This document shows, one piece after another, positions 1 through 8,934 of a DNA stretch of 32,000 nt (positions are counted from its first letter, which is position 1; each line of letters opens with the position of its first letter). Under the pieces are notes generated by a model. That model saw nothing but the letters and a program-made list of their open reading frames with translations. It searched no databases and had not been told where the DNA came from. The position numbers and the translations under genes are program-made. The stretch is from Candidatus Iainarchaeum sp. (GTDB taxonomy: Archaea > Iainarchaeota > Iainarchaeia > Iainarchaeales > VGJJ01), in NCBI GenBank assembly GCA_030688545.1, contig JAUYHT010000001.1, positions 1-32,000 of the forward strand. Reading direction: 5' to 3'.

Positions 1-76
1 CCTTGACCCGTGGCCCGCAGCCCAATGGTCCTCCCCGGCGAAAATCTTCCGGGGGGAGGCGTTTATCATGTAGGGT

Positions 77-220
77 TTAGAGCTTTTTGATGGGCTTCCG
101 GGGTTTGGAGGGGGGATACATGTCCCGCAGGGCCTCGCGTTCCACTTTTTGACGAATGGAAGATGAGGAACCTTTTTTCTTTTTCTTGGAGGGATCGGGA
201 GAATAGAGGATGTTGGCCAT
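77..220 (-). CDS. possible 47-aa lysine-rich small protein (below the ORF-track cutoff)
   Basis: Hand translation gives ATG at 220-218 and TAA at 79-77: MANILYSPDPSKKKKKGSSSSIRQKVEREALRDMYPPSKPRKPIKKL. The palindromic TATA-like TTAATTAA (243-250) lies ~26 nt upstream. I recognise no family. Confidence 0.3.
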   Translation of the reverse strand: MANILYSPDPSKKKKKGSSSSIRQKVEREALRDMYPPSKPRKPIKKL

Positions 221-297
221 CAAAGAAATAATGCAATAGGAGTTAATTAAGGTGCGGGGCGGTCCTTGTTTTTAACGGTTTGGCGGGGGGATGAGGT

Positions 298-1410
298 ATG
301 CTTACTACTCAAAGCAGGGGGGAAAATACCCTTGCTGTAAAAGCCCCCCAGGTTTCCCCATTATATCAGAAAGAGCTCGAGCGCCAGCAATACCGATTAG
401 TGGGGAATCATTCCGCGGTGAAAGTGTGCGGGTGGACCAAGAACATGCTGCGCGGGGAGGGGGGGTGTTACAAATTCAAGTTCTATGGAATCCGCTCCCA
501 TCAATGCATGCAGATGACCCCTAATATGAGTTGTGCCAATCGGTGTTCCTTCTGCTGGCGGGGATACAAAGCCCCGGTTTCGGATGAATGGAAATGGGAG
601 ATTGACGATCCAGATAAGATCATTGATGAGAGTTTAGCAGCCCACCATAAATTGTTAGCGGGGTTTGGGGGGAATGAGAAAGTGGCTCCGCCGATGTATG
701 CGCAAAGCCACCACGTGGGACACGTGGCATTGAGCTTGACGGGGGAACCCATTGCGTACCCCAGGATTAATGAGTTATGCGAAAAATTTCATCAGAGGAA
801 CATATCCACGTTCATCGTGACGAATGCCCAATACCCGGAAGCCATCCGGCAATTGAAAACAGTGACCCAACTCTATTTGAGTTTGGATGCCCCTAATCCG
901 GATATACTGAAAGTATTAGATGTCCCCTTGTTCCAAAATTATTGGGAGCGATATACCCAAAGCATCCGGAATGCGGGGGAAAAAAAATTTCGGAAATGCG
1001 CACGGTTGACAATGGTGAAAGGAATCAATGATGCGCACCCCGAGAAGTATGCGGAGCTAATTCGTATGGGTGATTTTGATTTTGTGGAAGTGAAAGGGTA
1101 TATGCATGTGGGGGAATCGCGGGAGCGGTTGTCCCGGGATCGCATGCCCACCTTCGAGGAGGTCAAAGCTTTCGGGTTGGGGGTGTTATCCCATCTGGGG
1201 GACACCTATACGTTCGCCAGCGAGCACGTGCCCAGCGATGTCATTTTGTTGGCCAAGACCAAATACCATGGGAAAACGTGGATTGATTTCGATAAATTCT
1301 TCGCGTGCGTGAATGATATTCCATCCCCTCCCAACTTGGAAGCAGATAGGTATTCCAAGGGCGTGGAGGTAGTGAAAGAAAGCCCCCGCGATGTGGGGGT
1401 CGTGCAGTGA
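298..1410 (+). CDS. taw1: tRNA wyosine-derivative biosynthesis radical-SAM enzyme Taw1/TYW1
   Basis: 370-aa ORF. It has the radical-SAM cluster motif CANRCSFCW and an upstream Cys-containing segment (VKVCGWTK..CYK..HQC) typical of the auxiliary cluster in the TYW1 family. The LSLTGEPIAYP and FIVTNAQ motifs are present. A T-rich box at 269-278 lies ~25 nt upstream of the ATG. Confidence 0.88.
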   Translation: MLTTQSRGENTLAVKAPQVSPLYQKELERQQYRLVGNHSAVKVCGWTKNMLRGEGGCYKFKFYGIRSHQCMQMTPNMSCANRCSFCWRGYKAPVSDEWKWEIDDPDKIIDESLAAHHKLLAGFGGNEKVAPPMYAQSHHVGHVALSLTGEPIAYPRINELCEKFHQRNISTFIVTNAQYPEAIRQLKTVTQLYLSLDAPNPDILKVLDVPLFQNYWERYTQSIRNAGEKKFRKCARLTMVKGINDAHPEKYAELIRMGDFDFVEVKGYMHVGESRERLSRDRMPTFEEVKAFGLGVLSHLGDTYTFASEHVPSDVILLAKTKYHGKTWIDFDKFFACVNDIPSPPNLEADRYSKGVEVVKESPRDVGVVQ

Positions 1411-1753
1411 GGAAAAGGGTTCATTTCTTTTTACGCACGGTGGGTGCACGGCGGGTGTTCCACCATTGCCGGGCCTTTTTCCCCCCACCAGGGAGATCAC
1501 CAGCGCATACGAAACAAGGAAAACCAATACCCCCTTTCGCCGGCTCTTGAGAAAGGCCTTCATGCGATCCCCCCGGGAGTATTTGCAATGGATATTGCGG
1601 GGATGGGGGGCGGTATGTGGTAATATGCTCTAATTACTGCACATGCGACGGAGACCCTTTTCCCACACCTCCCGGTAGTGAGAATCAATTTTGCGCGGAA
1701 GAGAACTCATCCGGACCATCGACTAACACAAATCCCCCCAGCGGATAAGGGTT

Positions 1754-2125
1754 TTATTTAGCTAACAAATAGAATCGTTCCCAAACCTTGGCATGGAGGC
1801 CCCCGTGGAAATGGAATTCCCTGGATCGCGTGGTGGCACGAAGACGGGTTCGGCGGGCGGGGTATTGCGTGAGAATTTCCCCAATAGGCTTTTTAGTGTG
1901 CAGGAGAATACGCACGATCCGCGGGTCCGTCTTATCCAGGTCGATGATGGCGCGCCCGCGCAAAATGGTTTTGCCATCGAGATCAAATCGGATTTGGCGG
2001 ATGAGGTTGTTATCTCGAGTGACCCGTTGTTCGAGGAAAAATGTGGTCTTGGGAAAAGAGGTTCTCACGAATCGGGTCGCGCCGAGGGGATTTTTCAATA
2101 GGGGGGCAAACCAGCGAGGGGTCAT
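1754..2125 (-). CDS. hypothetical protein, with weak resemblance to the chorismate-lyase/DUF98-type fold
   Basis: 123-aa ORF with protein-like composition. The segment IRQIRFDLDGKTILRGRAIIDL...KKPIGEILTQ resembles the R-x-V-x-L..DG..L..A...PIG..L pattern of the UbiC/DUF98 family. The overlapping + strand ORFs are Arg-rich junk. Confidence 0.4.
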   Translation of the reverse strand: MTPRWFAPLLKNPLGATRFVRTSFPKTTFFLEQRVTRDNNLIRQIRFDLDGKTILRGRAIIDLDKTDPRIVRILLHTKKPIGEILTQYPARRTRLRATTRSREFHFHGGLHAKVWERFYLLAK

Positions 2126-2148
2126 AGGGATTAACCCGTGAAAAGAGG

Positions 2149-2156
2149 TTATAAAT
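2149..2156 (+). promoter_or_regulatory. TATA-like box (TTATAAAT) for the 2177 gene
   Basis: TTATAAAT is centred ~25 nt upstream of the ATG at 2177. The same spacing recurs before many genes in this window, which suggests leaderless mRNAs. Confidence 0.45.
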
Positions 2157-2176
2157 GCGGGGTGTATTATTTTTCC

Positions 2177-2440
2177 ATGAGTGATGAGAATGCAACCCCC
2201 AAGAAGGGAAAATGGAAAAAGAGAGCGGGGTGGGCCGTCGTGCTATTTGTATTAGGGTTAGTGGTGGGGTCATGGATGTATCCGATGGCTGAACCCTATA
2301 TCAACCCCAACCGAGCCAATATGATTGAGCAGATTCGGACGATGGAAACGCAGAATAGATTGTTGAAAGGCCAAGTGGATTGTCTGGTGGACCATCTCCG
2401 GCAGGGAAAAGCGGATACGGCATTGGAAGTTTGCACCTGA
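2177..2440 (+). CDS. small single-pass membrane protein with a coiled-coil tail
   Basis: This is the 2138..2440 ORF in the track. I prefer the internal ATG at 2177 (MSDENATPKK...) because of the TATA box at 2149-2156. It has a hydrophobic helix (WAVVLFVLGLVVGSWMY) followed by heptad-like IEQIRTMETQNRLLKGQVDCLVDHL. Confidence 0.5.
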   Translation: MSDENATPKKGKWKKRAGWAVVLFVLGLVVGSWMYPMAEPYINPNRANMIEQIRTMETQNRLLKGQVDCLVDHLRQGKADTALEVCT

Positions 2441-2486
2441 AAAATTTTCCGTATGATTTTAAGACGCACGCCTGAAGAAGGCGAGT

Positions 2487-5400
2487 ATGCAAATGGCGTG
2501 GGGGTTACTTTTTGTCATCGTCTTCCTGAGTGGGTGCGTGGACTACCAGCTCACGGGAGCGGAAATAGAATTGTGTTTGGCGAGCACCGAAACACATGTG
2601 ACGCACATCCCATGGTGTGATGATCAGAAGACCTGCACGGCCGCCTGGGAAAAAGCATCGGGGGGAAATGGAACATTTTCCCCAGCCACCTTACGAGCTG
2701 AAAAATCGGTGATTGAATCTTGGATTTTCGCCAATCGCGCGCGGGATGAACTAGAAAAGACCGGACGCGCGTGCGCGGCGGGAAAGGCAGAGGAAGCCTA
2801 TACCCAGGGGGTGGTAGGCGCCCATCACTTGAAGAAAGCATTGTATGAAGTGGAGCAAGCCCAATTGGCCGCATTGGATGCCTTACGAGAAGTGATTGAA
2901 GATGCGCATACATTAGGACTAGAGGAGGTGCGGGATTCGGAAGCCTTCCAGGCGTACGCGGAAGCCCTTACGATGTGGCAGGATATCCAAACCGGCTCAG
3001 CTTCGGGGGAAGTGGGTCGGTTGTGGAAGGAAAACAATGCCTATTTGGAAGATATTGGGGAAGCCATTCAAGGGAGCCGCGTGGAATCCTATGCGGTGAA
3101 TCAGGCCTCCGCCTTTTCATGGTTCGAGACCGCACTTAAAAGGAGTGACGAATCGGCCGCCAAGCAGGTGTTGCGTTTTTCGTCGGTGTGGCAGAGTTTA
3201 TTGAGTGCGGTGGTGCAGGGGTATGACGCCACGCGCCTCTTTTCCCTGGTGGGGAAGTTGGAGGCGGACGAGATGATGGAGCGCGTGGAGAATGGGGTGG
3301 GGTTGGATCGGGGGATTGTACCCCGGATGCTGCATACCGTGGAACGCGTGCGAACGGGAGTGGAGGGGTTGGAAGCGGATGAGATTCAGATGGAAACGAC
3401 AATACGGGAGCGTATCCAATTACTCCAGGGGGAATGGGAAATAGTGAAGGAGGATTGGCGCGCATGGGAAAAAATAGGGGAATCGTTGCGCACGTGGACT
3501 GGGGCCACTTTGGGGGGACGGGATGAGAGCTCATCAGATGGGTTTCCGGGGAGCGCGTTGCTGGAACGCCATGGAATTTTGCGCCTGGAACGAATGGGAA
3601 ACACTCTTCCCCTAGGGAAGAGGGTGGTTCGGTGGCGGACATTTGCGCGCGAGGTGGAGGCGGCAGCGGAAAAAATAGAGGGTGAGAGGGAACGCTTGCA
3701 AGAGGTTGGCCATGCGTGTGTAGCGCTGGCCGATGAGTGGCGGGAAAATGAAATAGTGGGGGTGCAGGAGGCAGCTGAAGAGGTATTGAGCGAGGATTCG
3801 AAACAATTGGTTGATTCTTGCGAAAGATTGCTAGTGGTCCTCGCGGCTGAGGCGAACCAGTTGGTTGATCTAAGGGAAGAGGACCCATTGGTGGAATGTA
3901 ATGAACGGGTCGTGCGCTATGCTAACGCCCTGGGCGATGATACGTCTGCTTTTACGGTTGAGTTATGGTGGCAGGCCTATCCTGAATCCGAGCTCGCGGT
4001 GGCCGCCTGCCAGAGCCGGTTGGCGCATTACATGGGGTTGTATGAGTCGGATGCTGTGGTGCAGGAATGGATGATGATACGAAAGGAATTGAGAACGTAT
4101 GCGGAGATGCTATCTTTCATCGTCATGACGCGACCGGAAGTAGGGGAAGAAGGGAATGCGCGGGAATGGATGGCTAAGATGGCCCAATTTTTGGATGACT
4201 CTCCCCAGGATATTATTTCTCTCGACATCGTGGCGAAGAAAAATAGGGAAGGAAGGGATATGCGTGGTGAGTTAGACTCGGCCATGCAAAAGATGTGGCA
4301 AGCCCACGCGGAACGGTCGCATTGGAAACTTTTATCGGGGGTCCGACTATCCCACCCAAGGGAAAAAGTAGATTGGGAATGGAAAGTAACTAACCCCTTC
4401 GGGGAAATGGTGGTGAAAGAATGGGTGGCGCGAGTGGACAAACCGGGGTTTATCACATTGAACAGCACCGGTTTTTTGGAGGACGGGGGGAAACTTTTGA
4501 TTCCCATCCGGGAGGTGGGAAAAGATGGTATTATCCTGCGGGGTACGAGCGATGGAACATTTATCCGGAGTGAAAAAGAGGAACGCGTGGTCGAAGTGGT
4601 GGGGGAAGATGTGGGGGTGATTCAACACATGACCTGGGATGGATCCTACTTCCCGGTTTCCATCGCTTTGGGGTGGGAGGTTTCTCATCCCAAAGCAGTA
4701 TTCCTGAGTGCGCGGAATGGAAAAGGGAATGTGGAGGCGCTCCTGGAACAAGGGGAGATGGTTCTGCGGATGAATGTGGAGGATGAACAGGACTTTTTGG
4801 AGATATCCTACATCATTCGTGGGGGGTTGCCCCATGAAACTCGACTCGTGGAACAACGCACCCATTTGGGGCAGGTGTTCAGCACATATGAATGGCACGT
4901 CAAGAATACGGCGCATCTCGCGGTGGCCACGGATATTCCCACGAGTATTCAAGCCGAACCCCTGTTCACGAGTGCCGTGCGCGTGGATGAGGGGGGACGC
5001 GAGGTGGCATATATGGTTGATCGGGGAAATCAGGTCATCCTGGAAATGGTCGCATTGGCCCCTGGGGGAGAACGGACGTTTAACATCACGATTGTCGCTC
5101 CGGAAGATTTGGGGGTGTGGAGGGCTAATATCCAATCACTTTTGGATGAATTGGATTTGTTGGAAGGGAAACTAGGTGAGAGAAAGAAGTGGGAGGTGGA
5201 TGCCTTGCGCCAGGATCTTTTGAAATTGTTGGCGGGGGAAGATCGGCAGAAGATCGCCGCGGCCCTCCCAGGTATTCGAAAGCGTTTAGATACCTTGTGG
5301 GCTGACCATCAGGCGGAGGAAAAGGAATTTGAATATGTCTGGCGGGAGTTTGAGGACAAGCCAACCGCGACACTCGAACCTGAACGGTTGGCCGCGTGGC

Positions 5401-6218
5401 GCGCGGCCATGCAAACCGCCATCCGTGAGAGGGATTTGACCCGAGCGAAAGAAATCGTGGAGGAGGTGGATTTGGCGGTAAAGGTTGTTGATTCCCCAAC
5501 CATGGAAGAGGAATCGACGGACAGTGGAATAATCAGAATAGAAGAGTGGACGGCCCGCGCCCAATCTATTTTAGATGCCATCACGGCCTATAAGAAGGAA
5601 TTGGGGATCACGTGCCCCAAATTGGGTGAGGTGGGGTATGTGTGCCCCATGGATGAGAAGCAGATCAAGGAATTGGGAGACGAGATGAAAAGTTTAATGA
5701 AACAATTCAAAGGGGTGGATTCGGTTTCGGATAGGGATGCGGAGGAAATTGAGGCGGTGTTGGATCGGGCGTCTCAACGTGTGGATGAAGCCCGGCAACT
5801 CATTCGGGAGATGGGAGAGCAATCCATGAATCGGGTGATAAACACCGAGTGGGATGAACCACGTGTGGTGGATGCTATCCAGCAGGGGAAAGTGGCCCTG
5901 GCTGCGGGGGAGTGGGGAAAAGCCATCTATATTGGCGAGAATATTCGGCGCTATTTGGAAGAGTGGAACGCCGGATCGGGGTTAGCGACCCTTCCCCCGG
6001 AAAGCCTTCCCGTGATTGGTATTGGAATATTGGCGGGGGGAGGATTAGTGTACCGGTATTGGAAACGGAAACACCCGGAAGTGGTCATCCCTAAGCGGTT
6101 GCCCCGCGCATCGTCAACTGAAAAGGTGGAAGGAAATACTAAAATGGCATTTCCGCGTCCGGTCTCCCGGGAAAGCACGAAAGAAACCCCGGCTGTAGCT
6201 TCCCAAAAGCCGCTATAA
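2487..6218 (+). CDS. 1243-aa exported surface protein: lipobox-like signal peptide, long helical/coiled-coil regions, a central beta-rich region and a C-terminal TM anchor
   Basis: The N-terminus MQMAWGLLFVIVFLSGC has an L-S-G-C lipobox-like motif. The sequence is E/A/R/L-rich and helical, with a beta-rich segment at roughly aa 620-860. The C-terminus LPVIGIGILAGGGLVYRYWKRK is a TM helix with a basic stop-transfer, followed by a ~55-aa tail. TATA-like GATTTTAAG lies ~28 nt upstream. Confidence 0.85.
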   Translation: MQMAWGLLFVIVFLSGCVDYQLTGAEIELCLASTETHVTHIPWCDDQKTCTAAWEKASGGNGTFSPATLRAEKSVIESWIFANRARDELEKTGRACAAGKAEEAYTQGVVGAHHLKKALYEVEQAQLAALDALREVIEDAHTLGLEEVRDSEAFQAYAEALTMWQDIQTGSASGEVGRLWKENNAYLEDIGEAIQGSRVESYAVNQASAFSWFETALKRSDESAAKQVLRFSSVWQSLLSAVVQGYDATRLFSLVGKLEADEMMERVENGVGLDRGIVPRMLHTVERVRTGVEGLEADEIQMETTIRERIQLLQGEWEIVKEDWRAWEKIGESLRTWTGATLGGRDESSSDGFPGSALLERHGILRLERMGNTLPLGKRVVRWRTFAREVEAAAEKIEGERERLQEVGHACVALADEWRENEIVGVQEAAEEVLSEDSKQLVDSCERLLVVLAAEANQLVDLREEDPLVECNERVVRYANALGDDTSAFTVELWWQAYPESELAVAACQSRLAHYMGLYESDAVVQEWMMIRKELRTYAEMLSFIVMTRPEVGEEGNAREWMAKMAQFLDDSPQDIISLDIVAKKNREGRDMRGELDSAMQKMWQAHAERSHWKLLSGVRLSHPREKVDWEWKVTNPFGEMVVKEWVARVDKPGFITLNSTGFLEDGGKLLIPIREVGKDGIILRGTSDGTFIRSEKEERVVEVVGEDVGVIQHMTWDGSYFPVSIALGWEVSHPKAVFLSARNGKGNVEALLEQGEMVLRMNVEDEQDFLEISYIIRGGLPHETRLVEQRTHLGQVFSTYEWHVKNTAHLAVATDIPTSIQAEPLFTSAVRVDEGGREVAYMVDRGNQVILEMVALAPGGERTFNITIVAPEDLGVWRANIQSLLDELDLLEGKLGERKKWEVDALRQDLLKLLAGEDRQKIAAALPGIRKRLDTLWADHQAEEKEFEYVWREFEDKPTATLEPERLAAWRAAMQTAIRERDLTRAKEIVEEVDLAVKVVDSPTMEEESTDSGIIRIEEWTARAQSILDAITAYKKELGITCPKLGEVGYVCPMDEKQIKELGDEMKSLMKQFKGVDSVSDRDAEEIEAVLDRASQRVDEARQLIREMGEQSMNRVINTEWDEPRVVDAIQQGKVALAAGEWGKAIYIGENIRRYLEEWNAGSGLATLPPESLPVIGIGILAGGGLVYRYWKRKHPEVVIPKRLPRASSTEKVEGNTKMAFPRPVSRESTKETPAVASQKPL

Positions 6219-6237
6219 AGAAAAAGTGAAACGATAG

Positions 6238-6687
6238 TTACTCCACATTCACGGGCATGAGATATAATCCATCCGGATATTGGGCCCGCACATAAGGATC
6301 CTCTTTCTCTATTTCTTTAGGTGGAACAAATGTGAATTCGTTCTCCACGAATGTGGGATACTCATTGAAGTGATCCAGTTTGGTGGTGCGTGCGTTGAGG
6401 ATGATGACCACATCCTGATTCGTTGTGCGTGCGTCCCGAGTGAATTGTACAGAATTTCCTCCGGGCAACAGGATGCCGATGCGCCCATCCTGCTCGATGA
6501 TGGATTGGGGTTTGTTTCGGAAGAGATTTTCAATGGTTGTGGTGAGTTTTCCGGAGAACGGATTGGATGAGGTGAAGGGGGCCGACACAAGTCCAGTGGC
6601 ATCCAGGTTTGGATTGAGGAAAAGGAATAGACCTAGTCCTAATAACGCGAGAATCCCCACCCCCAGCATGATGCGATTGAGTTCCAT
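6238..6687 (-). CDS. 149-aa exported or membrane-anchored protein, function unknown
   Basis: N-terminal hydrophobic helix IMLGVGILALLGLGLFLFL. TATA-like TTAAATATT lies ~22 nt upstream on the minus strand. Confidence 0.6.
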   Translation of the reverse strand: MELNRIMLGVGILALLGLGLFLFLNPNLDATGLVSAPFTSSNPFSGKLTTTIENLFRNKPQSIIEQDGRIGILLPGGNSVQFTRDARTTNQDVVIILNARTTKLDHFNEYPTFVENEFTFVPPKEIEKEDPYVRAQYPDGLYLMPVNVE

Positions 6688-6728
6688 GAGGATAGGATAA
6701 AATTCGAATATTTAAGGGTGAGTAAAAT

Positions 6729-6738
6729 AAAAAAAAAA
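6729..6738 (-). terminator. oligo-T (T10 on the minus strand) putative archaeal terminator after the 6757 gene
   Basis: The A10 run on the + strand is T10 on the coding strand of the minus gene. It starts ~19 nt after that gene's stop at 6757 and lies upstream of the next gene's TATA box. Confidence 0.4.
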
Positions 6739-6756
6739 GTTCCAAACAAGCCGCAT

Positions 6757-6912
6757 TTATTTAGCTTGTTCGGCTTGCTCCACCTTAGGCCGACGAAAAT
6801 TGGCATAGGGACGGAACTTTGTTTTGGTCCACGCGGTGGGCTGTTTGGCGCGGAGCTCGAACTCCTCAGCCAAAAGCTTGAGGCGCATCTCTTCTGTGAC
6901 TTCGAACTTCAT
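6757..6912 (-). CDS. small hypothetical protein (51 aa from ATG 6912; the track uses a TTG start at 6951)
   Basis: ORF MKFEVTEEMRLKLLAEEFELRAKQPTAWTKTKFRPYANFRRPKVEQAEQAK. A GAGGGGG SD-like motif lies 7-13 nt upstream of ATG 6912. TATA-like CATATATAGG at 6974-6984. I recognise no family. Confidence 0.4.
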   Translation of the reverse strand: MKFEVTEEMRLKLLAEEFELRAKQPTAWTKTKFRPYANFRRPKVEQAEQAK

Positions 6913-7068
6913 AAGGACCCCCTCGGTGCTCACTCGTGATGCATTCGACAAACGCCAAAAATGCAGCTAGGAACCTATATATGGGTCTTATGTTGTATTT
7001 AAACATTTTCATGAGGAAAGGAGGTAAGGCTGTTTCAGAATGCTTTTTATAGTCACGGGGTAGGTGTA

Positions 7069-7317
7069 ATGGATATGCCATTACGAAAAAGCCATTCAGA
7101 TGGTAAAATAGTGAAGCCGGAAGACAAGATTTGGCGTCAGCAGTTTGACCAGCTCTCCAAGGAGGATCATCTGGAGAAGCTCCATTTATTGGGGTTGGAT
7201 GATGAGGAAGCGGAAGAATTGGTGCAGGATTTTGAGGAAGTCAAACAGGGAAAAAAGGGGAAAGTCCTCCAGGAAATGGAAGCCGAAGCCCAGCCTATTG
7301 AAAACACCCGGGAATGA
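7069..7317 (+). CDS. 82-aa acidic hypothetical protein
   Basis: The ORF has a TTTTATAG box ~22 nt upstream. The C-terminal half is E/D/K-rich. Confidence 0.5.
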   Translation: MDMPLRKSHSDGKIVKPEDKIWRQQFDQLSKEDHLEKLHLLGLDDEEAEELVQDFEEVKQGKKGKVLQEMEAEAQPIENTRE

Positions 7318-7355
7318 CCCATCCCATTTTTATCCCGCAAAATAAATAAGGGGGA

Positions 7356-8237
7356 ATGGACCCTTCTATTTCACCCCAAAAACAAAATTTTTCTCCCACC
7401 TGGGTGGAGGAGCGAGTAACCCGTCTGAGGGACGAACTTGGGGTGGGGGGGTATTCTCCCAGAACCATTCGCATGTATACGCTGTATGTTAGAAAATACT
7501 TGGAAGGATTATTAATATTGGGAAAACCCCCTGAAGAGGCCTCTAAACACGATATTATCACCTTTCTCGCCCGGGCCAGGACTGCCACTACCTCCAATGC
7601 CACCTTGGCGTTGATGCATGCGGCCTTGACCTTTTACTATAAACGGCACCTCAACTTGAACCTCATTGAAGAGATTTCCATTCCTAAGAAGGCTAAGAAG
7701 CTCCCAGTGGTGTTAACTATTCCTGAGATTAGGATTATCTTCAAACACACCCCCCCTGGGAGAAATAGGTTATTACTTCAATTCCTATATTCAACCGGTT
7801 GCCGGGTCAGCGAAGCCGTCGGTATGAAGGTAGACCAGGTGGATTTTGATAATTTAGTGGCCAACGTGCGCGGCGGGAAAGGAAATAAGGATCGAATTCT
7901 CATCCTTTCTCAGAAATGGGTGGGAAAAGCTAAATCCTATGTGAATCGAAAGAAGGTACCCACCCCCTTCTTGTTTTCCAAGAAAAATGGAAAATCGCTG
8001 TCGACGGATACCATTGAACGCATCGTGAGGCAAGCCGCCCAAAAAGGGGGTTTGACTAAACGAGTAACCCCCCATGTCCTACGCCATTCCTTTGCCACTC
8101 ATTTATTAGAAGGTGGTGAAAATATTCGAAAAATTCAAATTCTGTTGGGCCATGCTAACCTGAGTACGACATCCATCTACACCCACGTCTCCAATGAGGA
8201 GCTTAAACGGGTGCAGAGCCCGTTTGATAAGATATAA
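7356..8237 (+). CDS. tyrosine recombinase, XerC/XerD (archaeal XerA-like) family
   Basis: 293 aa. It has an N-terminal SAM-like core-binding domain (YSPRTIRMYTLYVRKYL). The catalytic residues are recognisable: TGCRVSEAV (Arg), HVLRHSFATHLL (His-x-x-Arg) and LGHANLSTTSIYTHV (His...Tyr). Confidence 0.85.
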   Translation: MDPSISPQKQNFSPTWVEERVTRLRDELGVGGYSPRTIRMYTLYVRKYLEGLLILGKPPEEASKHDIITFLARARTATTSNATLALMHAALTFYYKRHLNLNLIEEISIPKKAKKLPVVLTIPEIRIIFKHTPPGRNRLLLQFLYSTGCRVSEAVGMKVDQVDFDNLVANVRGGKGNKDRILILSQKWVGKAKSYVNRKKVPTPFLFSKKNGKSLSTDTIERIVRQAAQKGGLTKRVTPHVLRHSFATHLLEGGENIRKIQILLGHANLSTTSIYTHVSNEELKRVQSPFDKI

Positions 8238-8305
8238 GGAAAGAATGTGTTTCAGGCGTAACCAGGTTCAACATAATACATTAAATAGCCTAATCAAAAT
8301 CCATA

Positions 8306-8328
8306 TTATGTAGTAAATTTATACATAA
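8306..8328. promoter_or_regulatory. inverted repeat TTATGT-N10-TACATAA (copy 1), with an extra TACATAA half-site at 8344-8350
   Basis: The same half-sites with the same 10-nt spacing occur again at 8858-8880. Confidence 0.45.
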
Positions 8329-8503
8329 CTAATTATTTTGGATTACATAACTCAACCTAACCCCCCCACACTTCCACTACTCCCAAATAATCAGAAAAGA
8401 AAAAATAGGGGTCATTCAAGATGAAAACACCCATTTTTTCCTAAAAGCTTAAATATTCGATTACGATTCTATGCATCACTTCAAATGATTCAGGGGGGCT
8501 GTT

Positions 8504-8818
8504 ATGACTGTACGCATTTCAAAGCTATTCGGGATGGATATCTATACTGATAACGCCGAATACAAAGGAAAAATTTTCGATCTCGTAATCAATCTTGAAA
8601 AAGGGAAGATTGAAACCATGACAACCGAACCATTAAAGGTGCGCACCAAACAGGAAGCACGCAAAATCATTTCCGAACGCAGCATCCCCTATCAGAATGT
8701 TTTATCCGCCAAGGATATTTTAATTGTAGGCACCCGATCCAGGCCTCGATCGGAAGAATCGGATGCACAACCCGAACTTCCACGTCGAACACCCTATACG
8801 GCTTATCGACGGCGATGA
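8504..8818 (+). CDS. PRC-barrel domain protein
   Basis: The N-terminal ~75 aa (ISKLFGMDIYTDNAEYKGKIFDLVINLEKGKIETMTTEP...AKDILIVG) match the archaeal PRC-barrel pattern. A GGGGGG SD-like motif lies 7-13 nt upstream. Confidence 0.65.
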   Translation: MTVRISKLFGMDIYTDNAEYKGKIFDLVINLEKGKIETMTTEPLKVRTKQEARKIISERSIPYQNVLSAKDILIVGTRSRPRSEESDAQPELPRRTPYTAYRRR

Positions 8819-8857
8819 TATCCAGCACCAGGATATCACCTATAATTAAAAACTCTA

Positions 8858-8880
8858 TTATGTCTTATCTAACTACATAA
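8858..8880. promoter_or_regulatory. inverted repeat TTATGT-N10-TACATAA (copy 2), between a TATA-like box (8841-8852) and the 8935 start
   Basis: It has the same architecture as 8306-8328. Its position downstream of TATAATTAAAAA fits an operator. Confidence 0.45.
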
Positions 8881-8934
8881 GAGATTACTCTCTACTAATC
8901 TATCATCCATTACCGGAACTACGGGGGGTCTATT

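Noticed and set aside
1-69. Possible 5' end of another minus-strand gene (ATG at 69-67, MINASPRKIF...) that runs off the left edge
   Set aside because: Only 23 codons are visible and nothing in them is recognisable. I did not list it as a feature.
1186-1633. ORF 1186..1563 (-), with a hydrophobic N-terminus, and ORF 1391..1633 (+)
   Set aside because: The minus ORF would overlap the 3' 225 nt of taw1 antisense, and only its first ~30 codons lie in intergenic DNA. The plus ORF is Gly/Pro/Arg-rich. A very short membrane peptide from 1563 cannot be excluded, but it is unsupported.
3290-3312. G-run clusters (for example GGGGTGGGGTTGGATCGGGGG here, and similar ones at 1596-1612 and 7440-7452) as G-quadruplex motifs
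   Set aside because: GGG/GGGG runs are common throughout the coding DNA because of strong GGG glycine-codon use. I could not find a clean set of four closely spaced G3+ tracts in a non-coding position.
3136-5135. Long antisense ORFs inside the 1243-aa gene (3136..3888 -, 4028..4507 -, 4347..5135 -)
   Set aside because: They are fully nested in a much longer ORF with a coherent signal-to-anchor architecture. Their translations are Pro/His/Ser-rich low-complexity sequence typical of shadow frames in GC-rich coding DNA.
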